A stretch of 64,000 nt of DNA from Aulosira sp. ZfuVER01 (GTDB lineage Bacteria > Cyanobacteriota > Cyanobacteriia > Cyanobacteriales > Nostocaceae): assembly GCA_034530615.2 (NCBI GenBank), contig JAVRCV020000031.1:64001-128000 (forward strand), read 5' to 3'. Made by a program: the position numbers and the translations under genes. The notes under the pieces are model-generated. The model saw only the letters and a program-made list of their open reading frames with translations. It searched no databases and had not been told where the DNA came from. This document shows positions 44,925-55,388 of the stretch, one piece after another; position 1 is the first letter of the stretch, and each line of letters starts with the position of its first letter.

Positions 44925-45132
44925 AGAGAAGGTTCTCAAAGTTCTCTTGTTGGGAGTAAAAAGTTTTAGATCCCCCTAAATCCATGCCACTTGCTTCAAC
45001 GGGGGGAACCCTCGCAACGCAGTGGCTCCCCTTAAAAAGGGGGACTTGAAAAAGTTTCCCCCCTTTTTTAAGGGGGGTAGGGGGGATCAATAGGTGCTGA
45101 GAATAACAGATAACCACTTTCAAATAACCTCT
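44925..45132. mobile_element. Nested small dispersed palindromic elements between the two AAA_35 genes
   Basis: GATCCCCC(44969)...GGGGGATC(45088) palindrome interrupted by the hairpin GCCACTTGC...GCAGTGGC (44984-45028); degenerate outer IRs at 44925-44942 and 45116-45132. Confidence 0.65.
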
Positions 45133-46730
45133 AAACGCACTGAGAAATACTGACGATATAATTCACAACTGAGAATGCAATCATTACCTGAAAGTTTTAC
45201 CAATCCTAAACTATGTAACTTAAATGCAACTTCAGTATCTAACCTGACAGGAGCATTCGCCATTACTACTTTTTTATACCCTAACTCAAGCAGAGAATTA
45301 TGTTGTAAATGCCACAATTGTTGTCGCAAATGGTCGCTAAAAATTCCCTGTTCTGTTGGCGCAAGTTGCAAAAGTTCTTCTATACTAGCTTGGGGATTTT
45401 TGAGGTAAGCAACTGCTTGCTGGATTAAATCAGGATGTCCGCCTACTAACCCCATCAACTGACTTAAATTTTGTTGTCCCAACTTATCTGCTAATTCATA
45501 CTGCTTGGCAAGAGATTCTACTTGTTGCAGGTTAAATTCAGGTAACTCAATTGCAATTCCCACATTAAATGGTGAGTGATTGATATCTAAGGAAGGATAA
45601 GCTTCGGTGGAATGAACTACAACTAATCGCAGTTTCTTCCAGAGATTGCCAATTTTATCTCCTTGTTTAGCAGCTTCATACCATCCCCGCAGTAATAAAC
45701 AGAATTGGGGAAAAATATCTGGATATGCAAACAGTCGCTCAAAATTATCTATAGCTAAAACTAAAGGACTATCAGTAACCGCTAATAAATATTTTTGAAA
45801 ATAACGAGTACAGTTTTTATTTAGCCCAAAAATATCTTGCCAGTATTTATCTAATTCTGGTTCTATTTCGAGGCTATCTGAAACATTAACACATACCCAT
45901 TGTAAAAATGTTTTGGTGTCAGCCAGGATATTACTATCAGCAAGTTTTAAATCTAATTTTGCTGTTTGATAACCTTGCGCTCTCGCATGGTAGAGTACTT
46001 TCTCCAACAGCAATGTTTTCCCCATCCTTTGCGGCGATCTAATGCGAATTAGTGCCCCAGGTTGTAAAATTGCCTCACAACATTTGTCCTCAATTGGCGG
46101 TCTTTCTACATATATTGTTGTCGCCTCTGTTGCAGAATTTAAGGATGCTGTTTCTCTTGTCGTAATTAATTTAGGTGTCAGGTTTTCTGCTATCCCAGCT
46201 ACACGAATCAAGCTACAACCTAATTTATAAGCAAACTCATAACCTTTATCTGCGCCCAGTGCATCATAAAATCCCACAGCAAATTCAATGGCTGCGCGAT
46301 CGCCAATTTCTTGAGTCATGCCGACAACATAATTAATATGTCGCGCTATTTCCAAAGCTTGGTATTTAGAGTAGCAGGCATTAAGCACAACACATTGTAC
46401 TTGGTCAGCAAATAATTGAAATAATCCAGCTAAAGCTTCAGCATCAACTAACTTAATTTGTCCAGATTCATCTTCAAATACTAAACCTTCTTCTCCTACT
46501 CCATGTCCAGAAAAATGGATGATGTGCGGTTCGTATTCCAAAATAGCTCGGTGTATATCCCTGTAGCGTACTGCTTCTGCTGTGGCAATGGAATATTGGT
46601 CACGATTCTTTGACCTTTTCAACCCCTCTTTAATTTCGCGCATCTCCTCAGAGAGACGCAGCTGACTGCTACCTTTGGGATTTGCAGACAAAAGTAAGAT
46701 TTTCCGAGTTTGATTTTGGTTACTCATCAT
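45120..46730 (-). CDS. CHAT (caspase-like) domain - AAA_35 NTPase fusion protein
   Basis: ILLLSANP, HFSGHG (His), VVLNACYS (Cys), FAVGFY; YVERPPIE, SPQRMGKT, LAIDNFE, SPFNVG, VGGHP. Confidence 0.88.
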   Translation of the reverse strand: MMSNQNQTRKILLLSANPKGSSQLRLSEEMREIKEGLKRSKNRDQYSIATAEAVRYRDIHRAILEYEPHIIHFSGHGVGEEGLVFEDESGQIKLVDAEALAGLFQLFADQVQCVVLNACYSKYQALEIARHINYVVGMTQEIGDRAAIEFAVGFYDALGADKGYEFAYKLGCSLIRVAGIAENLTPKLITTRETASLNSATEATTIYVERPPIEDKCCEAILQPGALIRIRSPQRMGKTLLLEKVLYHARAQGYQTAKLDLKLADSNILADTKTFLQWVCVNVSDSLEIEPELDKYWQDIFGLNKNCTRYFQKYLLAVTDSPLVLAIDNFERLFAYPDIFPQFCLLLRGWYEAAKQGDKIGNLWKKLRLVVVHSTEAYPSLDINHSPFNVGIAIELPEFNLQQVESLAKQYELADKLGQQNLSQLMGLVGGHPDLIQQAVAYLKNPQASIEELLQLAPTEQGIFSDHLRQQLWHLQHNSLLELGYKKVVMANAPVRLDTEVAFKLHSLGLVKLSGNDCILSCELYRQYFSVRLEVI

Positions 46731-46941
46731 GAAATTTGAACCACAGAAGCCCAAAAAGATGGCTAAACTGGCAGATATCTACATTTTGAGTATGGGGTTT
46801 TTCAGACTCTAAGGCAAACATTGGTATAACCTTGGCAGTTTGCTAGACAAGGAACCAGCCATCAGGAGGAAGTAGACATTTTATAAATATGGTATGAATA
46901 ATTTGATATTTTTATAATCTCGTATCTTAACTTTTATTCCT

Positions 46942-47913
46942 ATGAAGCGTTCCGCCTGCCTAATCTTTAATCCCGTTGCAGGTCAAGGTGATTCAGAACA
47001 AGAACTGGCGCAAATTCGGGCAATATTAGAGCCAGAAATTGATTTAGATATTTACCTAACTACAGAAGAAATCGGTGCTGACAAACTGGCTTATGCAGCA
47101 GTTGAGCGTGGAGTAGATGAAATTATCGCCTCTGGTGGAGATGGTACTCTCTCTGCGGCGGCGGCGGCGGTGGTTAATACTAATATTCCCTTAGGCATTA
47201 TTTCTAGAGGAACGGCAAACGCTTTTGCCACAGCTTTAGCTATTCCCGATACCATTGAAGCCGCCTGTAAGATGATTTTGCAAGGAGTAACCAAGAATGT
47301 AGATGTAGCTTATTGCAACGATCTGCCAATGGTACTGCTGGTAGGTATCGGCTTTGAGGCTGAAACTGTAGAACGAGCAGACAGGGAAGCTAAGAAGCGC
47401 TTTGGTATTATGGCTTACGTCTTGGCAGGACTTCAGCAATTGCGGGAGTTAGAAAGTTTTGATGTAGAAATTGAAACCGAAGACAAAATAATTAAAACCA
47501 GCGCTGCGGCGGTGACAGTCGCAAATGCCGCACCTCCGACTTCGGTTTTGGCTCAGGGGCCAGCAGGAATTATTTATGATGATGGATTGCTGGATTTAAC
47601 TATTGTTGCACCTGTGAACAAAGCCGGAGCGATCGCAGCTACATATCATCTATTTCAAACAGCTTCTTCAGGTAATCCCGTAGAACGAGATGATATTGGC
47701 TACCTGCGAGCTAAACAATTTAAAATCACGACAAATCCACCACAAAAAATAGCTTTAGATGGTGAAATCATTGGTTACACGCCGATTGAAGTCAAGTGTG
47801 TACCATCTGGCTTGAAGATTTTTGTCCCCCAAGTAGAAGAAGAAGTACCTACGGAGAAGTTGGAAGGACTGCCAAATTTAACAATTGAGTTGAAGGATGC
47901 AGTTGAGGAGTAA
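46942..47913 (+). CDS. YegS/Rv2252/BmrU family lipid kinase
   Basis: NPVAG, GGDGT, GTANAFA, DDGLLD, DGE. Confidence 0.92.
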   Translation: MKRSACLIFNPVAGQGDSEQELAQIRAILEPEIDLDIYLTTEEIGADKLAYAAVERGVDEIIASGGDGTLSAAAAAVVNTNIPLGIISRGTANAFATALAIPDTIEAACKMILQGVTKNVDVAYCNDLPMVLLVGIGFEAETVERADREAKKRFGIMAYVLAGLQQLRELESFDVEIETEDKIIKTSAAAVTVANAAPPTSVLAQGPAGIIYDDGLLDLTIVAPVNKAGAIAATYHLFQTASSGNPVERDDIGYLRAKQFKITTNPPQKIALDGEIIGYTPIEVKCVPSGLKIFVPQVEEEVPTEKLEGLPNLTIELKDAVEE

Positions 47914-47966
47914 GGAGGACAAGGGGACACGGGGATAAAGGGACGCGGAAACATAATAATTGATAA

Positions 47967-48010
47967 ATGCCCAATGCCCAATGCCCCATGCCCAATGCCC
48001 AATGCCCAAT
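47967..48010. repeat. STRR (TGCCCAA)n
   Basis: About 6 tandem heptamers. Confidence 0.85.
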
Positions 48011-48026
48011 TCAGGAGTAAAGTACA

Positions 48027-49589
48027 TTGAAACTTGTTTCCGATCCGGCGATCGCTAAAAAAATCAGCAAGATGCAGCAGCGGGTAAAATGGCAAGACCC
48101 GCTAATTCTGGAACGCCGTATTGACCAAACTAAGCTAGTACTAGAAGATGGTCACGCAGACGATTGTGAGTTCTCATTTTTGGTTGTCGGCGATAGTGGT
48201 TCCGGGACGCACAAGGGTCACGATCCCCAACGACAAGTTGCGGAACTGATGTTACCTCATCATGATGAATGCCGTTTCATGTTGCATACAGGCGATGTGA
48301 TTTATCTTGTGGGGTCGAGAGAGTACTACCAACAAAACTTTATCCAGCCTTACCAAGAGTTTCTCGTAGGTGGGGAGCAGCCGAAAAAGATTGCCTATGA
48401 CAAAATGGTTTTCAATCTGCCGATTCTGCCTGTACCAGGAAATCACGATTACTATGATTTACCGCTTTTATTTGGCTTAATTTCCATAACAACATTACCC
48501 ATCCGCCGCTTATTGCAATCGCGCCTAGATTTGGATGTCGGTTTGTATGGTTCGGGAACGGGTGATGCATACTCACGGGCGTTTCTAGACTATCTCTGCG
48601 CCTTTCAGTTTCCTGGAGACTTAGCGCGTCATTTAGACGAGCATTACACCATCAAAACAGACACTGGCCGCTGTCTTTCTTATCAGCCAGGAAGCTTTAC
48701 TCGTCTGCCAAATCGTTACTACACTTTTCGTTACGGTGGGATTGATTTCTTTGCACTGGATTCTAATACATTTAACGATCCGCCACCATTGCCGAAAACT
48801 CAAAAAGGAGATAGCGATCGCATCCTCTTAGAGAAACGCCGCACGGCTTTGGAGCAAGAAAAGCAGCAAATTATGGCAGAGTCAGCAATTCTCAATCCCA
48901 ACAACCCCCAGGACGCTGAACAACTAGATGATTTGCAAGTCAAACTCACCCAAATTGAAGAAATTATTGTAGATATCGAAAAACAACTAGACACTAACAA
49001 AACAACATTTACTGATATTGAACAACTAGACTGGTTAAGACAGAGACTAATTGAATCTTGGAACACCAAAGAAGTGCGGGGAAGAATCATTTTCTTTCAC
49101 CATCCTCCCTATGTCACTGAAGCCACAAAATGGCAACAAGCCCAAACTTTAGCAATTCGTAGTCGCCTACGTGGGGTTTTAGATGCGGTGGCTGAAAAAT
49201 TAGGTTCCTTGACTGAGGGTCGTCCTTTAGTTGATTTGGTAATTAACGGTCACGCCCATTGCTTAGAATATCTGCAAACAGCAGACACAGGACATGCTGA
49301 TTCTCATATCCCGTGGATTGTTTGTGGTGGTAGTGGTTTTAGTTTGCGCCGCCAACGGGATGAGGGGTCAGATTTGATGGAAATGATGGGGGATGAAGAG
49401 AAATTAGTCGCGCGATCGCATCTTTTTATCGGGCGCACTGGCAAGGGCTTCCACAAACATAGACCTTATTCCTCTCTGCGGATTGATGTTAAAGGCGATG
49501 GTCAGCCTAAATTTATTGTCCGTCCTTTAGTGGCTGAATGGTATCAACGCCAGTGGTGCGATCGCGAAATTGAACCATTTGAGATCTAA
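48027..49589 (+). CDS. Calcineurin-like metallophosphoesterase with coiled-coil insert
   Basis: GDSG, HTGDVIY, PGNHDY, HHPPY, GHAH motifs; TTG start. Confidence 0.9.
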   Translation: MKLVSDPAIAKKISKMQQRVKWQDPLILERRIDQTKLVLEDGHADDCEFSFLVVGDSGSGTHKGHDPQRQVAELMLPHHDECRFMLHTGDVIYLVGSREYYQQNFIQPYQEFLVGGEQPKKIAYDKMVFNLPILPVPGNHDYYDLPLLFGLISITTLPIRRLLQSRLDLDVGLYGSGTGDAYSRAFLDYLCAFQFPGDLARHLDEHYTIKTDTGRCLSYQPGSFTRLPNRYYTFRYGGIDFFALDSNTFNDPPPLPKTQKGDSDRILLEKRRTALEQEKQQIMAESAILNPNNPQDAEQLDDLQVKLTQIEEIIVDIEKQLDTNKTTFTDIEQLDWLRQRLIESWNTKEVRGRIIFFHHPPYVTEATKWQQAQTLAIRSRLRGVLDAVAEKLGSLTEGRPLVDLVINGHAHCLEYLQTADTGHADSHIPWIVCGGSGFSLRRQRDEGSDLMEMMGDEEKLVARSHLFIGRTGKGFHKHRPYSSLRIDVKGDGQPKFIVRPLVAEWYQRQWCDREIEPFEI

Positions 49590-49603
49590 GTAAAACATTA
49601 ATA

Positions 49604-50413
49604 TTATTTCTTCGCCTGAATTACAATTACACGCCCATCTGCTTTGAGAACTTGAATGCCATTTTCTAAAACAATCATTGGCACTTTCCAATAAGAATGT
49701 CCGCAAATTACTAATAAATTATGGGTGAGATTGATTTTTTCTAACTCGCGTCTAATAGATTCTTGCCCAACTAAATTGCCCTGTGGATCGTTCGGTCCTT
49801 CATGTAATATCAAAATATCTGGCGATTGCTTCACCAGCGACCGAATTATTTTAATAAAGTCTTTTTCAGGACGCCTGAATGGTTTGCCTTTTTTGCCAAT
49901 AATCCCAGAAATTCCCGCTAGACTAAGCTCACTATTTCTTTTAATCTCACCGTCGAGATAGTAAATATTTCGATGCTGCTGAAAACTGTGAACTTCTAAT
50001 GGTGTATTACCTAAACTATCGTGATTTCCAGCAACGCCAGCTACCCAACGAAATCTGCGATTAAAAGCTAACCAAATCTCTCTAACATCACCAACTACGC
50101 CACCACGCCTATTGACCTCTGCATATAAATCCCCTGCTAATATCATGCCTGTATTTTTTAATGAGGGAATTTTGCCGATATCTGCCAAAATTTCTAATTC
50201 TTCAAGGAGCAGGTAAGCAAGAAGTTGTTGATTTTTGGGGTCAACTCCTTGTAAATCGCTTGTCGCAATAATGGCATCTAAATTATTAGGTATAAAATCA
50301 ACTTCTGCTGATAAAATTGGGAGATATCTTTCAATCACACCCACACCACCAGCAGATGCTGTTAGATACTGTATTTGATGAATGGGTAGGTTAGAGATTG
50401 ATAGGATTTGCAT
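49604..50413 (-). CDS. Calcineurin-like metallophosphoesterase
   Basis: TSDLQG, AGDLY, GNHD, LHEGP, CGHSY. Confidence 0.85.
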   Translation of the reverse strand: MQILSISNLPIHQIQYLTASAGGVGVIERYLPILSAEVDFIPNNLDAIIATSDLQGVDPKNQQLLAYLLLEELEILADIGKIPSLKNTGMILAGDLYAEVNRRGGVVGDVREIWLAFNRRFRWVAGVAGNHDSLGNTPLEVHSFQQHRNIYYLDGEIKRNSELSLAGISGIIGKKGKPFRRPEKDFIKIIRSLVKQSPDILILHEGPNDPQGNLVGQESIRRELEKINLTHNLLVICGHSYWKVPMIVLENGIQVLKADGRVIVIQAKK

Positions 50414-50610
50414 CTTTTTATCGGACGCAGTGAACAAAGTTTACAGAATTACAACCCTTAGTTCTGTCTTGTATTTGATATCAAAGGCGATAACTTTGTC
50501 CCGTCATCACCTTTGGCGAACGCCAGCCTAAGTTTATTTTCCGTCCTTTGGTTGCTGAATTGTATCAAAGAGAATGACGCGATCGCAAGCAAAATATAAA
50601 CGTTAGAGAT

Positions 50611-51192
50611 TTAGCGCTTGGATAATATTGCTAAAGCCGCATTCGCTATTAATTGATTAACCTTGTTAGTCAGATGAACTTGATCCCAAAATACATACTC
50701 ATCTGGATTGCTACCTTCCACAAGCGAACTAGCTTGAGTTGTATTAGTAAAGCCAAACTTGTGCGGAAGAGCGATCGCTTTATCCACAACAGATTTTACA
50801 TCGAACAACATCAAATTAATCTTGTCTTCAAAAGTATATGCAATTTCTTTAAAAGATTCATTATGTTTCTCTACTAGCTGACTAACTAAATGGGAACTTG
50901 TAATATCATTTACTTCTGATGCTAGAGGTGTCTTACCAATATCAATAACGTTAACTAACAAAATATTTCTAGAACCAAATTCAGTTAAAGCTTTTATAGC
51001 TGTAGAAAACTTGGTGATGGTGGTAATAGTGTCACTATATTTAGGAACGCAATTTACAAATGGGGCATAATCCGCAGTACCAGACCAGATAATATATAGT
51101 GCATTCGGATCGGCAGATTGCTGACTTTGTTGTAACTCTTGAGTGTAATTCTTCACCTGGTCAAGGCACAGAGTTTGTAATTCGCATTCCAC
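50611..51192 (-). pseudogene. N-terminally truncated SGNH/GDSL hydrolase
   Basis: Block III-like ALYIIWSGTADY and block V FWDQVHLT are present; block I GDS nucleophile is absent. Confidence 0.65.
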
Positions 51193-51217
51193 TTAAGTAA
51201 TACTATTGTGGATTGTT

Positions 51218-51336
51218 ATATCATGTCCGCTAAATTAGTTAGGATATGTCCGCCGCGAGTGAAAACAAGCAATCCCAACACCTTTGCGATTGCTTCCCTC
51301 CGGTCGCAATGACAAGTGTTCAACTGGACATGATAT
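51218..51336. mobile_element. Miniature inverted-repeat element with a nested REP-like palindrome
   Basis: Perfect 11-bp IR ATATCATGTCC/GGACATGATAT; internal AAGCAATC...GATTGCTTCCCTCCGGTCGCAATGAC. Confidence 0.65.
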
Positions 51337-51435
51337 TAGATTTTGGATTGGTTCCACAAATAAGTTTGCTTGCTCTTTGAAAATTTCAAATCTTGAATCT
51401 TCAATCCAAAATCCAAAATCTAAAATCTAAAATTC

Positions 51436-53673
51436 TTATCCGTTGCTACGGACAGTAATCACAGCTACCGGACAGCGTGCTTTATTGAGAATAGCATCAG
51501 CACGATGACCAAAGAATACTCGACCTGTTATTGTCTGAATACTGCTGCCCAAAACAATTAAATCTACTTGCATAGTATAAGCATATTTGAGAATTTCAAA
51601 CTCTGGAATGCCAACTAGAATTGCAGTTTTGACCTCAGCTCCCAATCCTCGCCCCACCTCAGCTTGTTGATGCACAATTTGTGTGGCAATATCTCTGACC
51701 GAATTAATTGTCTGCTCCTCAAACAGAACATATTCTCGCTCAGTTCGGTTGACAACATTAACTAAAGTGACAATTGCCCCAGTTTGAGCAGCAATTGTAC
51801 TAGCAATTTCAACTGCGTGTAGGCTGTACTCGTTACCACTGGTGGGTACTAAAATATGAGCAAGTTTGTGATAGTCAGTTGGCTCGGTTGTAGATAAGTT
51901 AGATTTCACCACCATTGTGGCGCAGGGAGCTTCTTGAACCACTCGATCGACTAACAAATTGAACAGGGAACCACGAGAACGCTGATTTCCTGTTGCACCC
52001 AACACAATCAGGTCATAGCCTTTATTAGCTTCTTTGAGAATCACCTCAGCCTTATTTTGTCCCGATTCAACTTTGGTTTGCAGCAGTGAACCACTAGGGA
52101 GATTCATCTTTTTGGCTACAGCGGCAATAGCTGTGTCTGCCGTATTATCCTTAACAGCAGTTACTAATTTACGTGTGGGCTGTTGTTCGCTTTTAGCAAA
52201 TAAAGCAGTCACTTCTAAGGGATTTTGCTGTGCTAGATGGTTGACTAACTGGGCAGCTAACCGAACATTCGGTCCCCCTTGAGTGGGTACTAATATCCGG
52301 CGAATGCGCTTGATAAAGCTGCGACTGGCTAGTTCTTCTTGCTCTAAGCGTTGGGCTTCTTCTTCACCGATGGAAACTTTGGAAAGTGACCAACGTAATA
52401 AAGGCGGAGCCATCAATGAGGTGACGATCGCCACCATCACAATAATTGAATACATCTGCGGATTCAGTACGCCCAAGGAAACCCCAATGGTAGCGACGAT
52501 AATTTCCATCGCCCCCCTGGCGTTCATCCCTGACCCCATCGCAATCCCTTCCCAGTGGCTTAAGCCGCCCACACGAGAACCCAGATAAGCACCAGTGAAT
52601 TTACCAAAACAGGCGATCGCCAGCACCACCAAACCAACCACAAATGTTTGGGGAGCGAGCAGTTGGAGTAAATCTACCTTTAATCCGGCGGTGGCAAAGA
52701 AAATCGGTGCGAGAAACCCGGCGGTGATCAGTTCTAAAGTTAAACCAGCCTCTCGGCTAAAACGGGGTGATTGTCCTGCTAAAATCCCGGTGACAAAAGC
52801 TCCCAGTGCCGCTTCAATTCCTAGTTGGTGGGTAAAGGCGGCAGCACTTAGGGCTAGTACTAACAAAGCCGATAAACTAGCTGTTGCCCCACCAATATAA
52901 TCATCTACCCATCGTAGTACCCAAGCCATGAGCGATCGCCCTATGGTAAAGGCGATTCCTAAAAACAGGACTGCGCCTCCAACTGACCTAAATACCGTGG
53001 GGAAATCAAATTTACCACTGGTCGCCAACCCAGACACCACCGAAAGCAAAATCCAGCCGAGAGTATCATCGGTCATCCCCGCTGCAAGAGTCACCTGACC
53101 AATGTCCCGCCGAATCAGCTTTAAATCCATTAGCACCTTAGCAATTACTGGTACTGCTGAGATACTCATGGCAGTGGCAATAAACAGACTAAAGATTAAT
53201 CTTTGCTCAGGATTTGCCAAAAAGCTTTCTGGAAGAAACCAACCCAGCCCCAGTCCAGTGGCAAAGGGAATAATAATACCACCCAAGGAAATTAGTAATG
53301 CTGTTTTACCTTTACGGACAATCAAGTTCAGGTCTGTCTCTAATCCAGTTACAACTAGTAAAAACAGCACGCCTAACCAAGAGACAACCGAGAGTAAATC
53401 AGACTGTGCTTGACTTTTAGGAAAAATATGGTGCTGTAAATTTGGCAAAATCCAGCCAAATACCGATGGACCCAGCAATACCCCTGCGAGTAGTTCACCC
53501 ACTACTGGTGGTAGCTTGATTCGGCGCATTAACTCACCCAATCCTCTGGCAAACAAAAGTAGCAAAGCTAATTCCAGCAACACCAGCAGCAACTCATGGT
53601 GTCCAAGGGGCTTAATTAGACCTTTTTCTGCTAATGCGCCAGACGCGAGTATAGGGTTAAGCAGTAAATTCAT
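51436..53673 (-). CDS. Cation:proton antiporter (CPA2-like) fused to two universal-stress (USP) domains
   Basis: VVGELLAGVLLGPS, GLETD, ISAVPVIAKVL, DD, GMNARG; ILVPT and DLIVLG occur twice. Confidence 0.92.
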   Translation of the reverse strand: MNLLLNPILASGALAEKGLIKPLGHHELLLVLLELALLLLFARGLGELMRRIKLPPVVGELLAGVLLGPSVFGWILPNLQHHIFPKSQAQSDLLSVVSWLGVLFLLVVTGLETDLNLIVRKGKTALLISLGGIIIPFATGLGLGWFLPESFLANPEQRLIFSLFIATAMSISAVPVIAKVLMDLKLIRRDIGQVTLAAGMTDDTLGWILLSVVSGLATSGKFDFPTVFRSVGGAVLFLGIAFTIGRSLMAWVLRWVDDYIGGATASLSALLVLALSAAAFTHQLGIEAALGAFVTGILAGQSPRFSREAGLTLELITAGFLAPIFFATAGLKVDLLQLLAPQTFVVGLVVLAIACFGKFTGAYLGSRVGGLSHWEGIAMGSGMNARGAMEIIVATIGVSLGVLNPQMYSIIVMVAIVTSLMAPPLLRWSLSKVSIGEEEAQRLEQEELASRSFIKRIRRILVPTQGGPNVRLAAQLVNHLAQQNPLEVTALFAKSEQQPTRKLVTAVKDNTADTAIAAVAKKMNLPSGSLLQTKVESGQNKAEVILKEANKGYDLIVLGATGNQRSRGSLFNLLVDRVVQEAPCATMVVKSNLSTTEPTDYHKLAHILVPTSGNEYSLHAVEIASTIAAQTGAIVTLVNVVNRTEREYVLFEEQTINSVRDIATQIVHQQAEVGRGLGAEVKTAILVGIPEFEILKYAYTMQVDLIVLGSSIQTITGRVFFGHRADAILNKARCPVAVITVRSNG

Positions 53674-53877
53674 GTTTTCAAGTAGTTTTTAATTAATGCA
53701 GGTATATTGGAACTCTGACTAATCTCTTTCAGAGTGAGTGTAAAGGTTGAAGATTTAGGGTAAAAAAATAGCCCAAAAAAAAAGTTTTAGCAACCTTAAT
53801 TTATTGAGTAATTTTTTTACATATACTCTTAGGCACTCTTACTCCTGTTTTCACCATACAAGCATTTACTTAGCATA

Positions 53878-53910
53878 AAAATAATGATGAGGATTTCTCC
53901 CTCATCATTA
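53878..53910 (-). terminator. Rho-independent terminator
   Basis: TAATGATGAGG/CCTCATCATTA 11-bp stem with a U-tract on the minus strand. Confidence 0.7.
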
Positions 53911-53958
53911 AAGCTACAGTACCCCTATAAACCTTTGACTGTTGTTGTTGTAACAATG

Positions 53959-54366
53959 CTAAACCAGACCAGGGCCTCTACCGCGAGTATCATCCTTGTC
54001 TGTTAACTCACCTTCTTTATCTTCATTTGCTTCTATGAGTTCTTCAGCGCGGTTAGCAGTGTCCTGTGCTGCTGATTCTTGTGCATCGCCAGGTACTTCA
54101 TAGTACATTTCTGGCTCAACTGCGTAGTTGTTCAATAAACCTTCTTTATCAACTGTGTAACCGTCTGTGGTGCGTATGCTATCGCTGTGAGTTTGCTCGT
54201 CAGTTGGCGCGCTTGCTTCTCTTTCTTCTGTGGGGACTGTTTTGTACAAGTCTCCTTCTCTTTCTTTGCGGGCAGCGGTTTCCGCAGGGATAATACCTCT
54301 GTCGTATACATCTGATTGAACGCGATCGGATGAGTCAACTGCTTTTTTAACTTCTTTATTAGCCAT
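53959..54366 (-). CDS. Acidic hydrophilic hypothetical protein (hydrophilin-like)
   Basis: D/E-rich, no hydrophobic segment; GAGG RBS; GYTVDKEGLLNNYAVEPEMY core. Confidence 0.75.
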   Translation of the reverse strand: MANKEVKKAVDSSDRVQSDVYDRGIIPAETAARKEREGDLYKTVPTEEREASAPTDEQTHSDSIRTTDGYTVDKEGLLNNYAVEPEMYYEVPGDAQESAAQDTANRAEELIEANEDKEGELTDKDDTRGRGPGLV

Positions 54367-54741
54367 AAATCAATTCCTCGTTAAACATTTTCTTGAATAA
54401 CTTCTTCAACTAGATTAGGCTTTTAATCCAGAGAAAAATACTATCTTGAGAAGTGAATTAATTAGGATAATTAACTATTTACTCTATCCGAAGATATATC
54501 TTACTTTCTGATTAAGGGCGAAATGCTTGAATCTAGGCTGATTACTACATTAATTGTTCAATTAATAGCAAAACAATTAATATAATTATCTTCTGTTTTA
54601 TAAGTATTTTTAATTGAGAAAACTAATAAGTTGTAGGACAAGCGCTGCTCACCCTACAACTTATTCACATATATTACTAGTACCGCTGATTGCCTTACCT
54701 GCATTCACAACTGCATTGAACAGCTTTTTATTGCACTAGTT

Positions 54742-55191
54742 TCAAGTTTCGGTATATTCTTTGCCTACAATTTGTCTTTGCAAATTTTGAATTTCATACA
54801 TTAATTCTTGCCGCGTCGAAGCTTTAATTAGATAGCGAAAAATCAACCAGGTTGTATAACCCATTCCAATTAGCTCAAAAGTTGGTGACACTAAAGGAAT
54901 AGAATTGATTGCAGCTAGGATAGCTAACACGACTTTGAGTGTCACAATCGCAGATACAATCAAAACTACGGTGATTAAAGGCTGTTTGTATTGGTTATAG
55001 AATATACCTAAATATTCAGGAAGATTTGCTAAGAAATCAGCAACTTGACTGAGAATTTGTCGCCATTGCTCATTAGATTGATTAGCGGGCGGTAGCTTTG
55101 GCAAGCTTTGATTGTCTACACCTGGAAGCGCTACTGTAGCTTCTGCTGAGTTAGGGTTAGTTAATTCAATTTGCTGTTGTTCGGTTTCCAT
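54742..55191 (-). CDS. CAAD domain (CurT/CURT1-like) membrane protein
   Basis: Amphipathic helix plus two TMs; AINSIPLVSPTFELIGMGYTTW...RYL...RQEL. Confidence 0.88.
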   Translation of the reverse strand: METEQQQIELTNPNSAEATVALPGVDNQSLPKLPPANQSNEQWRQILSQVADFLANLPEYLGIFYNQYKQPLITVVLIVSAIVTLKVVLAILAAINSIPLVSPTFELIGMGYTTWLIFRYLIKASTRQELMYEIQNLQRQIVGKEYTET

Positions 55192-55388
55192 ATTTTTTGT
55201 ATTTTGGTATTGACAACAGTTTTGATAATTGACTGTACTTCAATCAGTATAATAGTCCCGATTTGAGCCGGAAACTATTTGTGTCGTGTTAAAAGTCTAC
55301 AATCAATCATACATTGTTTTTGATTATAGACTTCTAACTATATTAAATTTTAGTGATGCAGCCTAATAAGCCCAAATTACATTTGTTC

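Noticed and set aside
44917..45123. 68-aa ORF between the AAA_35 genes
   Set aside because: Made entirely of palindromic repeat sequence (PPTPLKKGG pattern); probably spurious
42331..46730. Diversity-generating retroelement
   Set aside because: No reverse transcriptase, Avd or TR/VR repeat pair seen in the window
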